Below are positions 36,491 through 45,366 of a stretch of 64,000 bases of DNA, one piece after another (the first letter of the stretch is position 1; every line of letters begins with the position of its first letter). Under the pieces are notes generated by a model. It was not told the DNA's origin, made no database searches, and saw only the letters and a list, made by a program, of their open reading frames with translations. Both the position numbers and the translations under genes were made by a program. The DNA is from an uncultured Spirochaetia bacterium (GTDB taxonomy: Bacteria > Desulfobacterota_D > UBA1144 > Nemesobacterales > UBA2774), in assembly GCA_964618635.1 (NCBI GenBank), contig CAZUDM010000003.1, positions 2,673 through 66,672 of the forward strand, written 5' to 3'.

Positions 36491-39007
36491 TCATGAAATT
36501 CCCGGCAGCTCGAATACGCTCCCGTACCTTCTCGTGACCTCTTCCAGGAGCCCCGGATATTTCGAGAGCCCGGGGTCTTCAGACACGAGCTGAAACGCAT
36601 CCTCCCTCGCCTCTTCGAGTATCCGCCAGTCCCGGAGTATATCGGCGAACCTGAACTGCGGGAGGCCCGACTGCTTCGTCCCGAGAAAATCCCCCGGTCC
36701 CCTTATCGTAAGGTCGGCCTCCGCGATCCTGAACCCGTCGCTCGTCTCCTCCATTATGGAGAGCCTCTTGTCGGCGTCCTGAGAGCGCTTGAAGCCCGAG
36801 ATCAGTATACAGAAGGAATCGTGCCCTCCCCTTCCTATCCTCCCTCTCAGCTGGTGAAGCTGCGTGAGCCCGAACCTCTCGGCGTTCTCGATGACCATGA
36901 CGGTCGCGTTGGGAACGTCCACGCCGACCTCTATAACGGTAGTCGAGACGAGTATGTCCACCTGCCGGGCGATGAACCGCCTCATGACGGCGTCCTTCTC
37001 TTCGGGCTTCATCCTCCCGTGAAGGAGCCCCACCTTAAACTCGGGGAAGATTTCGTTTCCGAGCTCCTCGGCCATTCTGGTCGCATATTTAATGTCTTTG
37101 AAATCGGGATTTTCCGACTCCTCTATCATCGGATAGACGACGTAGGCCTGCCTCCCCTTCCCCACCTCTTTCCGCACTATCTCGTACGCCTTCTCGCGGG
37201 AGCCCTTCTGGTCGTAGAATACGTGCGTCTTGACAGCCTTCCTCCCGGGCGGCATCTCGTCGAGAACCGATACGTCGAGGTCCCCGTAGACGGTGAGCGC
37301 GAGGGTCCTCGGTATGGGAGTTGCGGTCATTACGAGGACGTCCGGATTCACTCCCTTTCCCATGAGGCTCGCCCTCTGGAGCACTCCGAACCTGTGCTGC
37401 TCGTCTATCACGACGAGGCCGAGGTTTTTGAAATCCACCTTCTCCTGGAGAAGGGCGTGCGTCCCGACGGCGATCTCTGCTTCTCCCGACGCGAGCGCCT
37501 TGTAATACGTGTTTTTTTCACGCTTCCCCATCCCGCTCTTGAGGAATACGACCCTGACGCCCATGCCCCTCATGTAATTAATCACGGATGACAGGTGCTG
37601 CTCGGCTAGTATCTCCGTCGGGGCCATTAAAACGGCCTGGTATCCGCTCTCGACGGCGCTTAACATGGACATTATCGCGACTATCGTTTTCCCGCTCCCG
37701 ACATCTCCCTGAAGGAGCCTGTTCATCGGGCGGGGAGACCTCATATCCTCCTCTATCTCGGAGAGGACTCGCTTCTGCGCCGAAGTGAGCTCGAACTTAA
37801 GGCTCGACAGCAGTCTCCCGGTAAATCCGCCCGTCGGATGAAAGGCGATCCCGTCCGACAGCGCAATGTCCCTCTTTTTTAACGCAAGCCCGATCTCCAT
37901 CAAAAAGAATTCCGAATAAGCGATCGTCCTGTGGGGCGGAGAGCCGTATATCTCCTCGCTCTTCGAGAAGTCGATAACCCTGTCCCCGCTTTCCGGGAAG
38001 TGGACCCTGGAGAGAGCGTCGCCGAAGTTCTCGATCCCGCGCGCGGCGGCTATTTCCGCCGGCAGTGAGAACGAAACGCCGCGCGCATACCTGTCCACGA
38101 TCGACTTCATGACACCCCTCATCCGCCGCTGCCTTATCCCTTCCGTCAGCGGATACACGGGGACTATGCGTCCGAAGTGAATGTTGTCGCCGCCTATCTC
38201 CTCGCCTTCTTCCACGACCTCTATATCCTCGGGCCGGGGATGGATAATCTGCAGCTCGCCCCTGTAGCCGACGGAAACATCCCCCGTCAGTATGACGTGC
38301 GCACCTTTTTTGTAGGCATTCCTCAAGTACTTCTCATTGAACTGAAACCACACCAGCGTGAGCGTCCCGCTTCCGTCGGAAATCACGGCCTGATAGATGG
38401 CGCGGCTGCGGGTTCTCACTTTTCCTGCCGCCAGTATCTCTCCCATCACGGTTTCGCGCTTTCCGGGCTCCGCCTGTGATATTTTTTTTACGACCCTCCT
38501 GTCCTCGTATCTCCTCGGGAAGTAATAGAGCGCATCGCCTACAGTTTTGACGCCCCGCTTTTCCAGGAGCGCGGCCACTCTCGGACCGACTCCCTTTACG
38601 TACTGGACGGGTATCGTGAACGGATCGCCGCCTTCCGCCGCGGGTACGCCGCCGGAATCGTCCGGAGACGCCGCCGGGGTTTCAGGCTTATGCGGCTTAT
38701 GACCTCCCGCCGACGCCTGACCTGACCTCTTTAACTCGCTCAGTCTCTCTAGATCGCTGAGCGCACTTGCAACCGCCTTCTTTTTTCCTTCGGTCCCGAG
38801 GCCCTCGTACCCTATAAAATTGTTCTTGATAGAGCTTATTATTCCGGCCTCGGCATCCGTCAGATCGAGCGAAAGCGCCTTCAGGGTGAGATCCCCGACC
38901 AGGACATCGAGCTCCTTTATCGTATTGAGCTTCGAGAAGCCGTTCCTGGCCGCGAATTTGAGCGGTTTTTCCAGGGCCTTCAGTATATCGGAGAGGTTAT
39001 GAGACAT
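36491..39007 (-). CDS. recG: ATP-dependent DNA helicase RecG, with an N-terminal extension
   Basis: 838 aa with a wedge domain and the helicase motifs DVGSGKT, DEQHRFG, TATPIPRT and QLHQLRGRIGRG. The roughly 150-aa N-terminal region is low-complexity. Confidence 0.88.
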   Translation of the reverse strand: MSHNLSDILKALEKPLKFAARNGFSKLNTIKELDVLVGDLTLKALSLDLTDAEAGIISSIKNNFIGYEGLGTEGKKKAVASALSDLERLSELKRSGQASAGGHKPHKPETPAASPDDSGGVPAAEGGDPFTIPVQYVKGVGPRVAALLEKRGVKTVGDALYYFPRRYEDRRVVKKISQAEPGKRETVMGEILAAGKVRTRSRAIYQAVISDGSGTLTLVWFQFNEKYLRNAYKKGAHVILTGDVSVGYRGELQIIHPRPEDIEVVEEGEEIGGDNIHFGRIVPVYPLTEGIRQRRMRGVMKSIVDRYARGVSFSLPAEIAAARGIENFGDALSRVHFPESGDRVIDFSKSEEIYGSPPHRTIAYSEFFLMEIGLALKKRDIALSDGIAFHPTGGFTGRLLSSLKFELTSAQKRVLSEIEEDMRSPRPMNRLLQGDVGSGKTIVAIMSMLSAVESGYQAVLMAPTEILAEQHLSSVINYMRGMGVRVVFLKSGMGKREKNTYYKALASGEAEIAVGTHALLQEKVDFKNLGLVVIDEQHRFGVLQRASLMGKGVNPDVLVMTATPIPRTLALTVYGDLDVSVLDEMPPGRKAVKTHVFYDQKGSREKAYEIVRKEVGKGRQAYVVYPMIEESENPDFKDIKYATRMAEELGNEIFPEFKVGLLHGRMKPEEKDAVMRRFIARQVDILVSTTVIEVGVDVPNATVMVIENAERFGLTQLHQLRGRIGRGGHDSFCILISGFKRSQDADKRLSIMEETSDGFRIAEADLTIRGPGDFLGTKQSGLPQFRFADILRDWRILEEAREDAFQLVSEDPGLSKYPGLLEEVTRRYGSVFELPGIS

Positions 39008-39123
39008 TAATAAGATTTTACAGGGGCTTATGCGCTGAATGCAAGCCGGGGCCTTAGGTTAACATTCTTTTTCCGGCAAATTGTTAAACCAATTATAAAT
39101 CCCTATTGTTATTAATCATTACT

Positions 39124-39155
39124 TGCTTTCAGCCAGCGTTAATATCTGCTACAAT
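39124..39155 (+). promoter_or_regulatory. putative sigma-70-type promoter upstream of the sigma factor gene, with an extended -10
   Basis: TTGCTT is followed by TGCTACAAT, a TGnTACAAT extended -10. This lies in a 350-bp AT-rich leader. The spacer is long at 20 nt, so this is weak. Confidence 0.25.
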
Positions 39156-39412
39156 GTATTAAATTTGTACACCTTGTACAGTGCGATTTTGCACAAATTC
39201 AGCTCGCGCTCCAGGGTCTTTGACAACCGCTCTTTTGTAACCCCCAGTCATTATGAGCAATTGCTAGACTGAACTATATGGCACACATATTGCCCATATA
39301 GAAACCCATCAGAGAACAAAGGCAAGAATCTCGGGCCTGCTACCGACAGCAAAGGCTCATGCTTCCGCCGACCTGCATCCAGTACAAAAAAATACAGAGA
39401 GGACCGGGACAC

Positions 39413-40519
39413 ATGAAATACAGCGAGATCGAAGCAACGGGAGTCGAGACAGAGAACTTCAGCGACACATACGAAGAGGCCCCCGAAACGGGAGACCTTC
39501 AGGCAGAGCTTATGTTCGAGGACGAAAATCCTATCGAGGATTTTGCATCCGAAGAACGGATCAACAGAGAAGACAGGGCAGGCTTGCCCGATGAACAGTT
39601 CAGAATTCTGAACGATTATTTCAGCGACATAGCCAAGGAGCCGCTGCTCACACTCAGGCAGGAAATAGAAATACCGGCCAAGATGAAAAAATGTGAGCTC
39701 AGGGCAGAACAAATACGAAACTATCTCGACAGCTCACCGTCGAGCCCTCATAAGGAAAGGCTGAACGCCTCTTTAAGAGCATATTCCTTAAAAGCCGGCG
39801 ATCTTAAAAAGAGATTCGCCAGCGCTAACCTCAGGCTCGTAATAAGCATAGCGAAGCGCTATGTTAACCACGGGCTTCCCTTTCTCGACCTCATACAGGA
39901 AGGGAACATCGGCCTCATGAAAGCAATCGAGAGATACGACCACACGAAGGGCTACAGGTTTTCGACGTACGCATCGTGGTGGATTTACCAGTCGATAACG
40001 AGAGCGATACTTGTGCACCGCGGAGCCGTACGGGTGCCTGTCTACCTCCTCGAAGTCACGAGCAGGGTGTACAGAACGAAGTCACTCCTCCTCAAAGAAT
40101 CCGGCCGCATGCCGTCGGCGGAGGATATCGCCGAGCGCTCGGGCGTTCAGCTCAAGTATGTAAAGAGGATACTAAAGATAACGAACGAGTCGGTCAGCAT
40201 GGATTCCCCCATCGACGGCGAAAAGAGAACCCTCTACGATTTCCTCGTGGACGAGGATTCCATTTCGCCGGATTACACGGTTATCGACTACGAGCTCAAG
40301 AACTGCGTCAGGAGCTCACTCTCGCTCCTTTCGGCGAAGGAAGAGGAGGTCCTCAGGATGCGCTTCGGTATAGACAGGAGCGAGACCGTCACCCTCGACG
40401 ACATCGGACGCAAGTTCAAGCTTACGAGAGAGCGTATCAGGCAGATAGAAAAAAAGGCTCTCAGGAAACTGGCCGTATCCAGGATGAGGGATGCCCTCAA
40501 AAATTTCAGAACTTCCTGA
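39413..40519 (+). CDS. RNA polymerase sigma factor, sigma-70 family (group 2/3-like, not the primary RpoD)
   Basis: Region 2 ([41 protein letters not shown]), region 3, and region 4 ([27 protein letters not shown]). It has no region 1.1 or long spacer. I chose the ATG at 39413. The track ORF starts at 39359. Confidence 0.85.
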   Translation: MKYSEIEATGVETENFSDTYEEAPETGDLQAELMFEDENPIEDFASEERINREDRAGLPDEQFRILNDYFSDIAKEPLLTLRQEIEIPAKMKKCELRAEQIRNYLDSSPSSPHKERLNASLRAYSLKAGDLKKRFASANLRLVISIAKRYVNHGLPFLDLIQEGNIGLMKAIERYDHTKGYRFSTYASWWIYQSITRAILVHRGAVRVPVYLLEVTSRVYRTKSLLLKESGRMPSAEDIAERSGVQLKYVKRILKITNESVSMDSPIDGEKRTLYDFLVDEDSISPDYTVIDYELKNCVRSSLSLLSAKEEEVLRMRFGIDRSETVTLDDIGRKFKLTRERIRQIEKKALRKLAVSRMRDALKNFRTS

Positions 40520-40533
40520 GCACGGAACTATAT

Positions 40534-40579
40534 GTGTGAATACACACTTAAGTCATGTGCCAACTGTGCGAATACGCAC
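40534..40579. promoter_or_regulatory. two copies of the palindromic motif GTGyGAATAcrCAC, 32 bp centre to centre; candidate binding sites for a dimeric regulator
   Basis: GTGTGAATACACAC at 40534-40547 and GTGCGAATACGCAC at 40566-40579. Each has 5-bp inverted arms around AATA. They lie 15 nt after the sigma factor stop and upstream of the promoter of the acidic-protein gene. Confidence 0.35.
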
Positions 40580-40587
40580 AATAAAAT

Positions 40588-40625
40588 CGATTGAGAATCG
40601 GGTATGTATATCCGATTCTCAATCG
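40588..40625. promoter_or_regulatory. perfect 14-bp inverted repeat with a 10-nt loop (CGATTGAGAATCGG ... CCGATTCTCAATCG)
   Basis: Read directly from the sequence. No T-tract follows, so it is not a canonical intrinsic terminator. It could be an RNA stem-loop or processing site, or an operator. Confidence 0.4.
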
Positions 40626-40648
40626 CAATGCGCTGAAAACATTAGACA

Positions 40649-40677
40649 TTGCAAAAAAATTAACAACATGGTATAGA
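40649..40677 (+). promoter_or_regulatory. putative promoter of the acidic repeat protein gene
   Basis: TTGCAA, a 17-nt spacer, then TATAGA. AGGAGGG lies 10 nt upstream of the ATG at 40751. Confidence 0.3.
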
Positions 40678-40750
40678 TATTGCAGTATAGTTACCACAAG
40701 CCTGTCGGCATCGCCGAAGGCTAAACAACACTCAGGAGGGCTTGAAGACA

Positions 40751-41070
40751 TGAGAGTATTTTCTCTTTTATTTGCGCTTTTATTGGTTATGGGCATTTCC
40801 TTCGGCGGAAGCGCCCTTGTAGGCAGCATCCCGGCTACGGCACAGGACGATCCGCAGGGTGAGGCCCCGGGCGGCGAGATTCCGGACGAGGCGACCGACG
40901 GTTCCGGCGCTGACACCGGCGCTGCCGACGAAGCAACCCCGGGCGAAATGCCTGGCGGAGAGATGACTGACGAAGCTACAGACGGTTCCGGCGCTGCTAC
41001 CGACGCTGCCGACGAAGCAACCGAGGGTCAGTTACCCGGCGACGAAAAGACGGATGAAGCCGCTCAGTAA
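40751..41070 (+). CDS. small secreted, highly acidic tandem-repeat protein (signal peptide plus two 28-aa D/E/T/G/A-rich repeats)
   Basis: MRVFSLLFALLLVMGISFGGSALVGSIPATA is a signal peptide. It is followed by two copies of GGE(I/M)xDEATDGSGAxTxAADEATxGxxP. The gene has its own SD, promoter and terminator. I chose the ATG at 40751 inside the longer track ORF that starts at 40591. Confidence 0.6.
40871..41038 (+). repeat. 2 x 84-nt imperfect tandem repeat inside the acidic protein CDS
   Basis: GGCGGCGAGATTCCGGACGAGGCGACCGACGGTTCCGGCGCTG versus GGCGGAGAGATGACTGACGAAGCTACAGACGGTTCCGGCGCTG. The repeat is in frame and encodes the 28-aa repeats. Confidence 0.6.
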
Positions 41071-41090
41071 GGCATAAACCGCACTAAAAT

Positions 41091-41121
41091 AAAAAAGGGA
41101 GCTTGCGCTCCCTTTTTTTTT
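41091..41121. terminator. bidirectional rho-independent terminator
   Basis: An A6 run, the stem GGGAGC-TTGC-GCTCCC, then T9. The stem is perfect, with an A-run on one side and a T-run on the other, so it terminates both the acidic-protein transcript on the plus strand and read-through from tRNA-Pro on the minus strand. Confidence 0.65.
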
Positions 41122-41362
41122 GCCCTTTTCATTCCTGATATTAGTGCTGGTTTTATCTGCATTAAGAATCCCCCCATTCAATCCTCGACATTAATTCAGA
41201 TACGTAAAGAATCTCCAATTACGTTTGGGATTCAGAAGAGACGATTTAGAAACAGGAAGGGAAAACAGACAACAGGAAGCGAGTCACAACACTATAACTG
41301 CACCAGAAACTGCACCAATTACCAAATTCCCCAAAGTCGGAAACAAAAAAATGTAATGATTA

Positions 41363-41440
41363 CTGGTCGGGGTGGCCGGACTTGAACCGGCGGCCTCTGC
41401 GTCCCGAACGCAACGCTCTAGCCAATCTGAGCTACACCCC
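41363..41440 (-). tRNA. tRNA-Pro (anticodon CGG)
   Basis: I folded the 78-nt minus-strand sequence CGGGGUGUAGCUCAGAUUGGCUAGAGCGUUGCGUUCGGGACGCAGAGGCCGCCGGUUCAAGUCCGGCCACCCCGACCA into a cloverleaf by hand. It has a 7-bp acceptor stem with C1:G72, U8, the D arm GCUC/GAGC with G18 G19, an anticodon loop UUCGGGA (U33, CGG, G37), a 5-nt variable loop, the T loop UUCAAGU, discriminator A73 and an encoded CCA. Confidence 0.85.
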
Positions 41441-41603
41441 GACGAGGCTAATAAATTTACAATATTCCGTCTGGTATTCAAGTAATCGAACGCAAAAAAT
41501 GAACGCCGGGTTAATATTCGCCAGGAGAGCCGCCTTATCGGCCGTCCCCACTGAATAACGATGCTTTTTTCGAATATAATTCTCGGAGGGAGTATCAAAT
41601 CCA

Positions 41604-42400
41604 TGGAGCTCAAGGAGCTTGGCGCGACAGGAGTTATGATCCCCGAGATCGGCCTCGGAACATGGAGGTATAGAGGCGGCACGGAGCCGCTCCGCGCGGG
41701 TATCGACCACGGCGCGTATCTCATCGACACGGCCGAAGGCTACGGCACAGAGGAGATCGTAGGCGAGGCGGTAAGCGGCATAAGGGACCGCGTATTCATA
41801 GCCACGAAGGTTTCCGGGAGGGACCTCGGTCACGACCGCGTCCTCCGCGCAGCAGAGGGAAGCCTGAAGCGGCTCGGCACGGACTTCATAGACCTTTATC
41901 AGATACACTGGCCGAACAGCCGGTACCCGATGAAGGAAACCATGCGCGCGATGGAGACCCTCGTCGACAGGGGAATTATAAGGTACATAGGCGTGAGCAA
42001 CTTCGACGTCGAAGAGATGGAGGAAGCCGTTTCGGCGCTCAGAAACAACCCGCTCGTATCGAACCAGGTCATTTACAATCTGAACTCGAGATACATTGAA
42101 GAAGACATTATCCCCTACTGCCTCGGGCACGATATCACCGTCATGGCCTACACACCGCTCGACGAGGGGAGCCTTGCCCGAAACTCCAGGAACCGTACGG
42201 GGAAAATGGCGGTGCTCGAAGAAATAGCCGGGGAGACAGGCAAGACCATGGCGCAGGTGGCCCTCAACTGGTGCACGTCCCGGAAGAACGTAATAGCGAT
42301 TCCAAAATCAGATACGGTCACGAGAACAATCGAAAACTGTGGAGCCTCCGGCTGGCGGCTCACGCCCGGGCAGAAGCAGCGTCTCGACTCCGCTTTCTAA
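41604..42400 (+). CDS. aldo/keto reductase family oxidoreductase
   Basis: MELKELGATGVMIPEIGLGTWRYRG ... IDTAEGYG ... IDLYQIHWP ... IGVSNF, the AKR signature blocks. I chose the ATG at 41604. The track ORF starts at 41561. Confidence 0.85.
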
Positions 42401-42496
42401 GACAAACCGGAGGCGCCGGAGTATACAGCACCCGGACGCTTTCTTCGTATGTTATATTTCACATCCTATAACCCGAACGACAAAACCGGAGGCGAA

Positions 42497-44323
42497 ATGT
42501 CCGCGAATCAATCGACTGCAAAAATGAACTGGGACCTCGGAAGCTATTTCCCCGAATACGGCGGCCCGGAGATGAAGGAGTTCAAGAAAAAGCTCACGGC
42601 CGACATAACCGCCGCACAGAAAAAGGCCGCGGCGCTTCCCGCTCTCGACGAAAGCAACATGGCCGAGTGGGAAGAGATTTTCCTCGAAACGGAAGACATT
42701 ACCAGCCGCTACAGCCACATCGATTCCTATATCGGATGCCTCGCATCGGCGGACGGGCTGAACGAGGACTTCGTCCGCGAGGAGGGGGAGATGTCCGCCG
42801 TGTACGCCGAGCTCTCGAAGCTCAAGGTCGAGCTCATAAGGGCGCTCAAGAACGTCCCGGAAGGGCTCTTCAGCCGCTTCACCGAGCGCGAAAGACTTTC
42901 TGACGCCGCCTATTACATCGGAAGGCTGAAGATACTCTCCGAAAGGAGCATGAGCCCCGATAAGGAAATGCTCGCTTCTGACCTCGGGGTCGACGGTATA
43001 AGCGCATGGGGGCGGCTCTACGACACGGTTTCGAGCAGGCTCGAATTCGAGATGAAGTATCCGGACGGCACCGTGAAGACGCTCCCCATATCCCAGAGAA
43101 GATCTCTCATGGAAAAGCCCGACAGGGCTGTCCGCAAGGCCGCCTTCGAGGGCGGTAACAGGGCGTGGAAGACGATCGAGGACGCGGCGGCCGCCGCCCT
43201 GAACGCTATCTCCGGTACGAGGCTCACGCTCAACAGGTACCGCGGCATCGATCATTTCCTCGACGTAGCGCTCTATCAGTCCGGCATAAGCAGAAAGACT
43301 CTCGACGCCATGTTCGAGGCTATTTACGACCAGATTGAGCTTCCGAGGGAGATACTCCGCTTCAAGGCCCACACAATGGGGAGGAAAGGAATCGCGTGGT
43401 ACGATCTCGGCGCCCCGCTCGACATCGACTCCGGGCAGAAGCTCAGCTGGACCGACGCGAAAACACTCGTCGAGAGCTCTTTCTCTGCGTCCTATCCGGG
43501 GCTCGGGAAGTATGTCCGCTCGGCTTTCGACAAGAGCTGGATCGACTGGGAGCCGAGAGAGGGCAAGAGGCCCGGCGGGTTCTGCACAGGCTCCCTCCTG
43601 ACTAAAGAGTCCCGCATCTTCATGACGTACAACGAAACTCTCGGCGACGTTCTCACGCTCGCGCACGAGGCGGGGCACGCGTTTCACAGTCATGTGATGA
43701 GCGATATAAGGCCCTATTCGCATTTTTACCCGATGACGCTCGCGGAATCCGCCTCGACGTTCGGCGAGATGATACTGACCGAGGGCATACTCAGAGAGCC
43801 GACGATAGGAGACGCCGAGAAGGCGCTCATGCTCGACACAGAAATCAACCACGGGGCCATATATCTCATGGACATTCCGGTGCGCTACGAATTCGAAAAG
43901 GCATTTTACGAAGAGAGAAAGAACGGCGAGGTGAGCGTCAGCCGTCTCAAAGAGCTCATGGCCGAGACACAGCGCCGCGTCTTCGGCGAGGTGCTCGAAG
44001 AAGGCGGCGAAGACCCTTACTTCTGGGCGTCGAAGCTCCATTTCTACATCACAGGGGTGACCTTCTACAACTTCCCCTACACGTTCGGCTATCTCCTGAG
44101 CCGGGGACTGTTTTCACTCTTCAAGAAGGAAGGGGCCGACTTTCTCCCGAAGTATGAGACGTTCCTTCGTCTCTCGGGCTCGGATACGGCGGAGAACGTC
44201 GCCAGGAGAAGCATCGGCATGGAGCTAGAAACCCCCGAATTCTGGAAGGAGTCCATACGGTCCCTCGGTGAACCCTTCGAGAAAATGAAGGAGCTCGCCA
44301 GGGGCCTCGGTTACGTATCCTGA
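42497..44323 (+). CDS. M3B family oligoendopeptidase (PepF-like)
   Basis: HEAGHAFHS is the HExxH zinc motif. The downstream EAS and the overall size of about 600 aa fit the family. I chose the start MSANQS at 42497, which is preceded by GGAGG 7 nt upstream. Confidence 0.85.
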   Translation: MSANQSTAKMNWDLGSYFPEYGGPEMKEFKKKLTADITAAQKKAAALPALDESNMAEWEEIFLETEDITSRYSHIDSYIGCLASADGLNEDFVREEGEMSAVYAELSKLKVELIRALKNVPEGLFSRFTERERLSDAAYYIGRLKILSERSMSPDKEMLASDLGVDGISAWGRLYDTVSSRLEFEMKYPDGTVKTLPISQRRSLMEKPDRAVRKAAFEGGNRAWKTIEDAAAAALNAISGTRLTLNRYRGIDHFLDVALYQSGISRKTLDAMFEAIYDQIELPREILRFKAHTMGRKGIAWYDLGAPLDIDSGQKLSWTDAKTLVESSFSASYPGLGKYVRSAFDKSWIDWEPREGKRPGGFCTGSLLTKESRIFMTYNETLGDVLTLAHEAGHAFHSHVMSDIRPYSHFYPMTLAESASTFGEMILTEGILREPTIGDAEKALMLDTEINHGAIYLMDIPVRYEFEKAFYEERKNGEVSVSRLKELMAETQRRVFGEVLEEGGEDPYFWASKLHFYITGVTFYNFPYTFGYLLSRGLFSLFKKEGADFLPKYETFLRLSGSDTAENVARRSIGMELETPEFWKESIRSLGEPFEKMKELARGLGYVS

Positions 44324-44444
44324 GATTTGCCGGCAACAGCTTGAGCCCCGGACAAAGCGACGCGCCGAAACTATCGCGTTAGAGTGGTGACTATAGAGAG
44401 TTGTCCGGGAGAGTATGTATCCACAAGTCTCCGCACTTCGCAGG

Positions 44445-45356
44445 TCAGCCGAGGACGATCGCGTTCGGCGAATTGAATCCCACGTCGAGGATGAGGGACG
44501 CCATTATGACGAGCATGTAAAGGATGGAAGCCCCGAAGGCCTTCCCGTAGCCTGTATTGTTAAGCGCGCTTTTGATTATCACGTATTCGAAATAGAGCCC
44601 CGATACGACGGCGAGTATAGCGTAATAAATGGAGCAGTATCCGAGGAACCAGAGCGAAAGGGTTAAAGGGAAAAGGGAGACGGAATAGAGGAGGATCATG
44701 ACGTTCGTATATTTCGTCCCCAGTGCGACAGGCATCACAGGGATACCCGCCTTTTTATAGTCGATCTTGTATTTCTGGGCGAGCGCCCAGAAATGCGGCG
44801 GCTGCCACAGCATCATAAACATGAACAGTATGATGGCGTCGGCCCCGAGCGCGGGATTTACGGCGGCGTATCCGATGAGCACGGGCAGCGCACCCGGAAG
44901 CCCTCCGAGTATAGTGCCGTATGGGGAGCTCCGCTTCAGATAAAGCGTGTACAGGAGCGCATAGCTGAGTATAGCGGCTATCGTGAGGGCCGCGTTTACG
45001 ACGTTAAGGTAGTAAAATGAAATGAAGAGTGAAATGGCAATGAAGACGAAGGCAATCCCTACTGCCGTCTTTTCGCCTATGACGGCGAGCGCGTCGACGC
45101 GTTTATTGAGCCTGCTCATGAGAACGTCTATGCGCCTGTCGAGAACGTTGTTGAGTATCGCCGCACCGGCCGCGCTCAGGAGGAGCGACAAGAGCGCCTC
45201 GGCCGTGAGAGAAAGAGAGGGAAAGCCCCTCGACGCCAGCACCATGCCGGCAAACCCCGTAAACGCCACGCTCAGGATTATGCCGGGCTTGGTAAGGAGA
45301 ACCGTCGATACCACTATATTCGAAGGCCCCCTGTCTATGTGCTCTATGGTGTTCAT
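44445..45356 (-). CDS. ctaB: protoheme IX farnesyltransferase (heme O synthase)
   Basis: A UbiA-family polyprenyltransferase, about 300 aa with multiple TM segments. The conserved NNVLDRRID block is present. It is the last gene of the oxidase operon. Confidence 0.85.
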   Translation of the reverse strand: MNTIEHIDRGPSNIVVSTVLLTKPGIILSVAFTGFAGMVLASRGFPSLSLTAEALLSLLLSAAGAAILNNVLDRRIDVLMSRLNKRVDALAVIGEKTAVGIAFVFIAISLFISFYYLNVVNAALTIAAILSYALLYTLYLKRSSPYGTILGGLPGALPVLIGYAAVNPALGADAIILFMFMMLWQPPHFWALAQKYKIDYKKAGIPVMPVALGTKYTNVMILLYSVSLFPLTLSLWFLGYCSIYYAILAVVSGLYFEYVIIKSALNNTGYGKAFGASILYMLVIMASLILDVGFNSPNAIVLG

Positions 45357-45366
45357 GTCTCCCCTT

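Noticed and set aside
39181-39196. GTGCGATTTTGCAC upstream of the sigma factor gene as a third copy of the GTGyGAATAcrCAC motif
   Set aside because: Only 4-bp arms match and the spacer differs. This is too weak to call.
41122-41362. An integrated mobile element at the tRNA-Pro 3' end
   Set aside because: There is no integrase, excisionase or phage-like ORF nearby. I found no direct repeat of the tRNA 3' end by eye. The flanking genes are housekeeping.
41284-41730. A 148-aa minus-strand ORF overlapping the tRNA-Pro and the start of the AKR gene
   Set aside because: It overlaps a hand-folded canonical tRNA and a well-supported CDS, has no SD, and has odd composition.
42452-44041. A 529-aa minus-strand ORF antisense to the PepF gene
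   Set aside because: It is antisense to a CDS carrying the HExxH motif and full-length M3B architecture. It has no conserved features.
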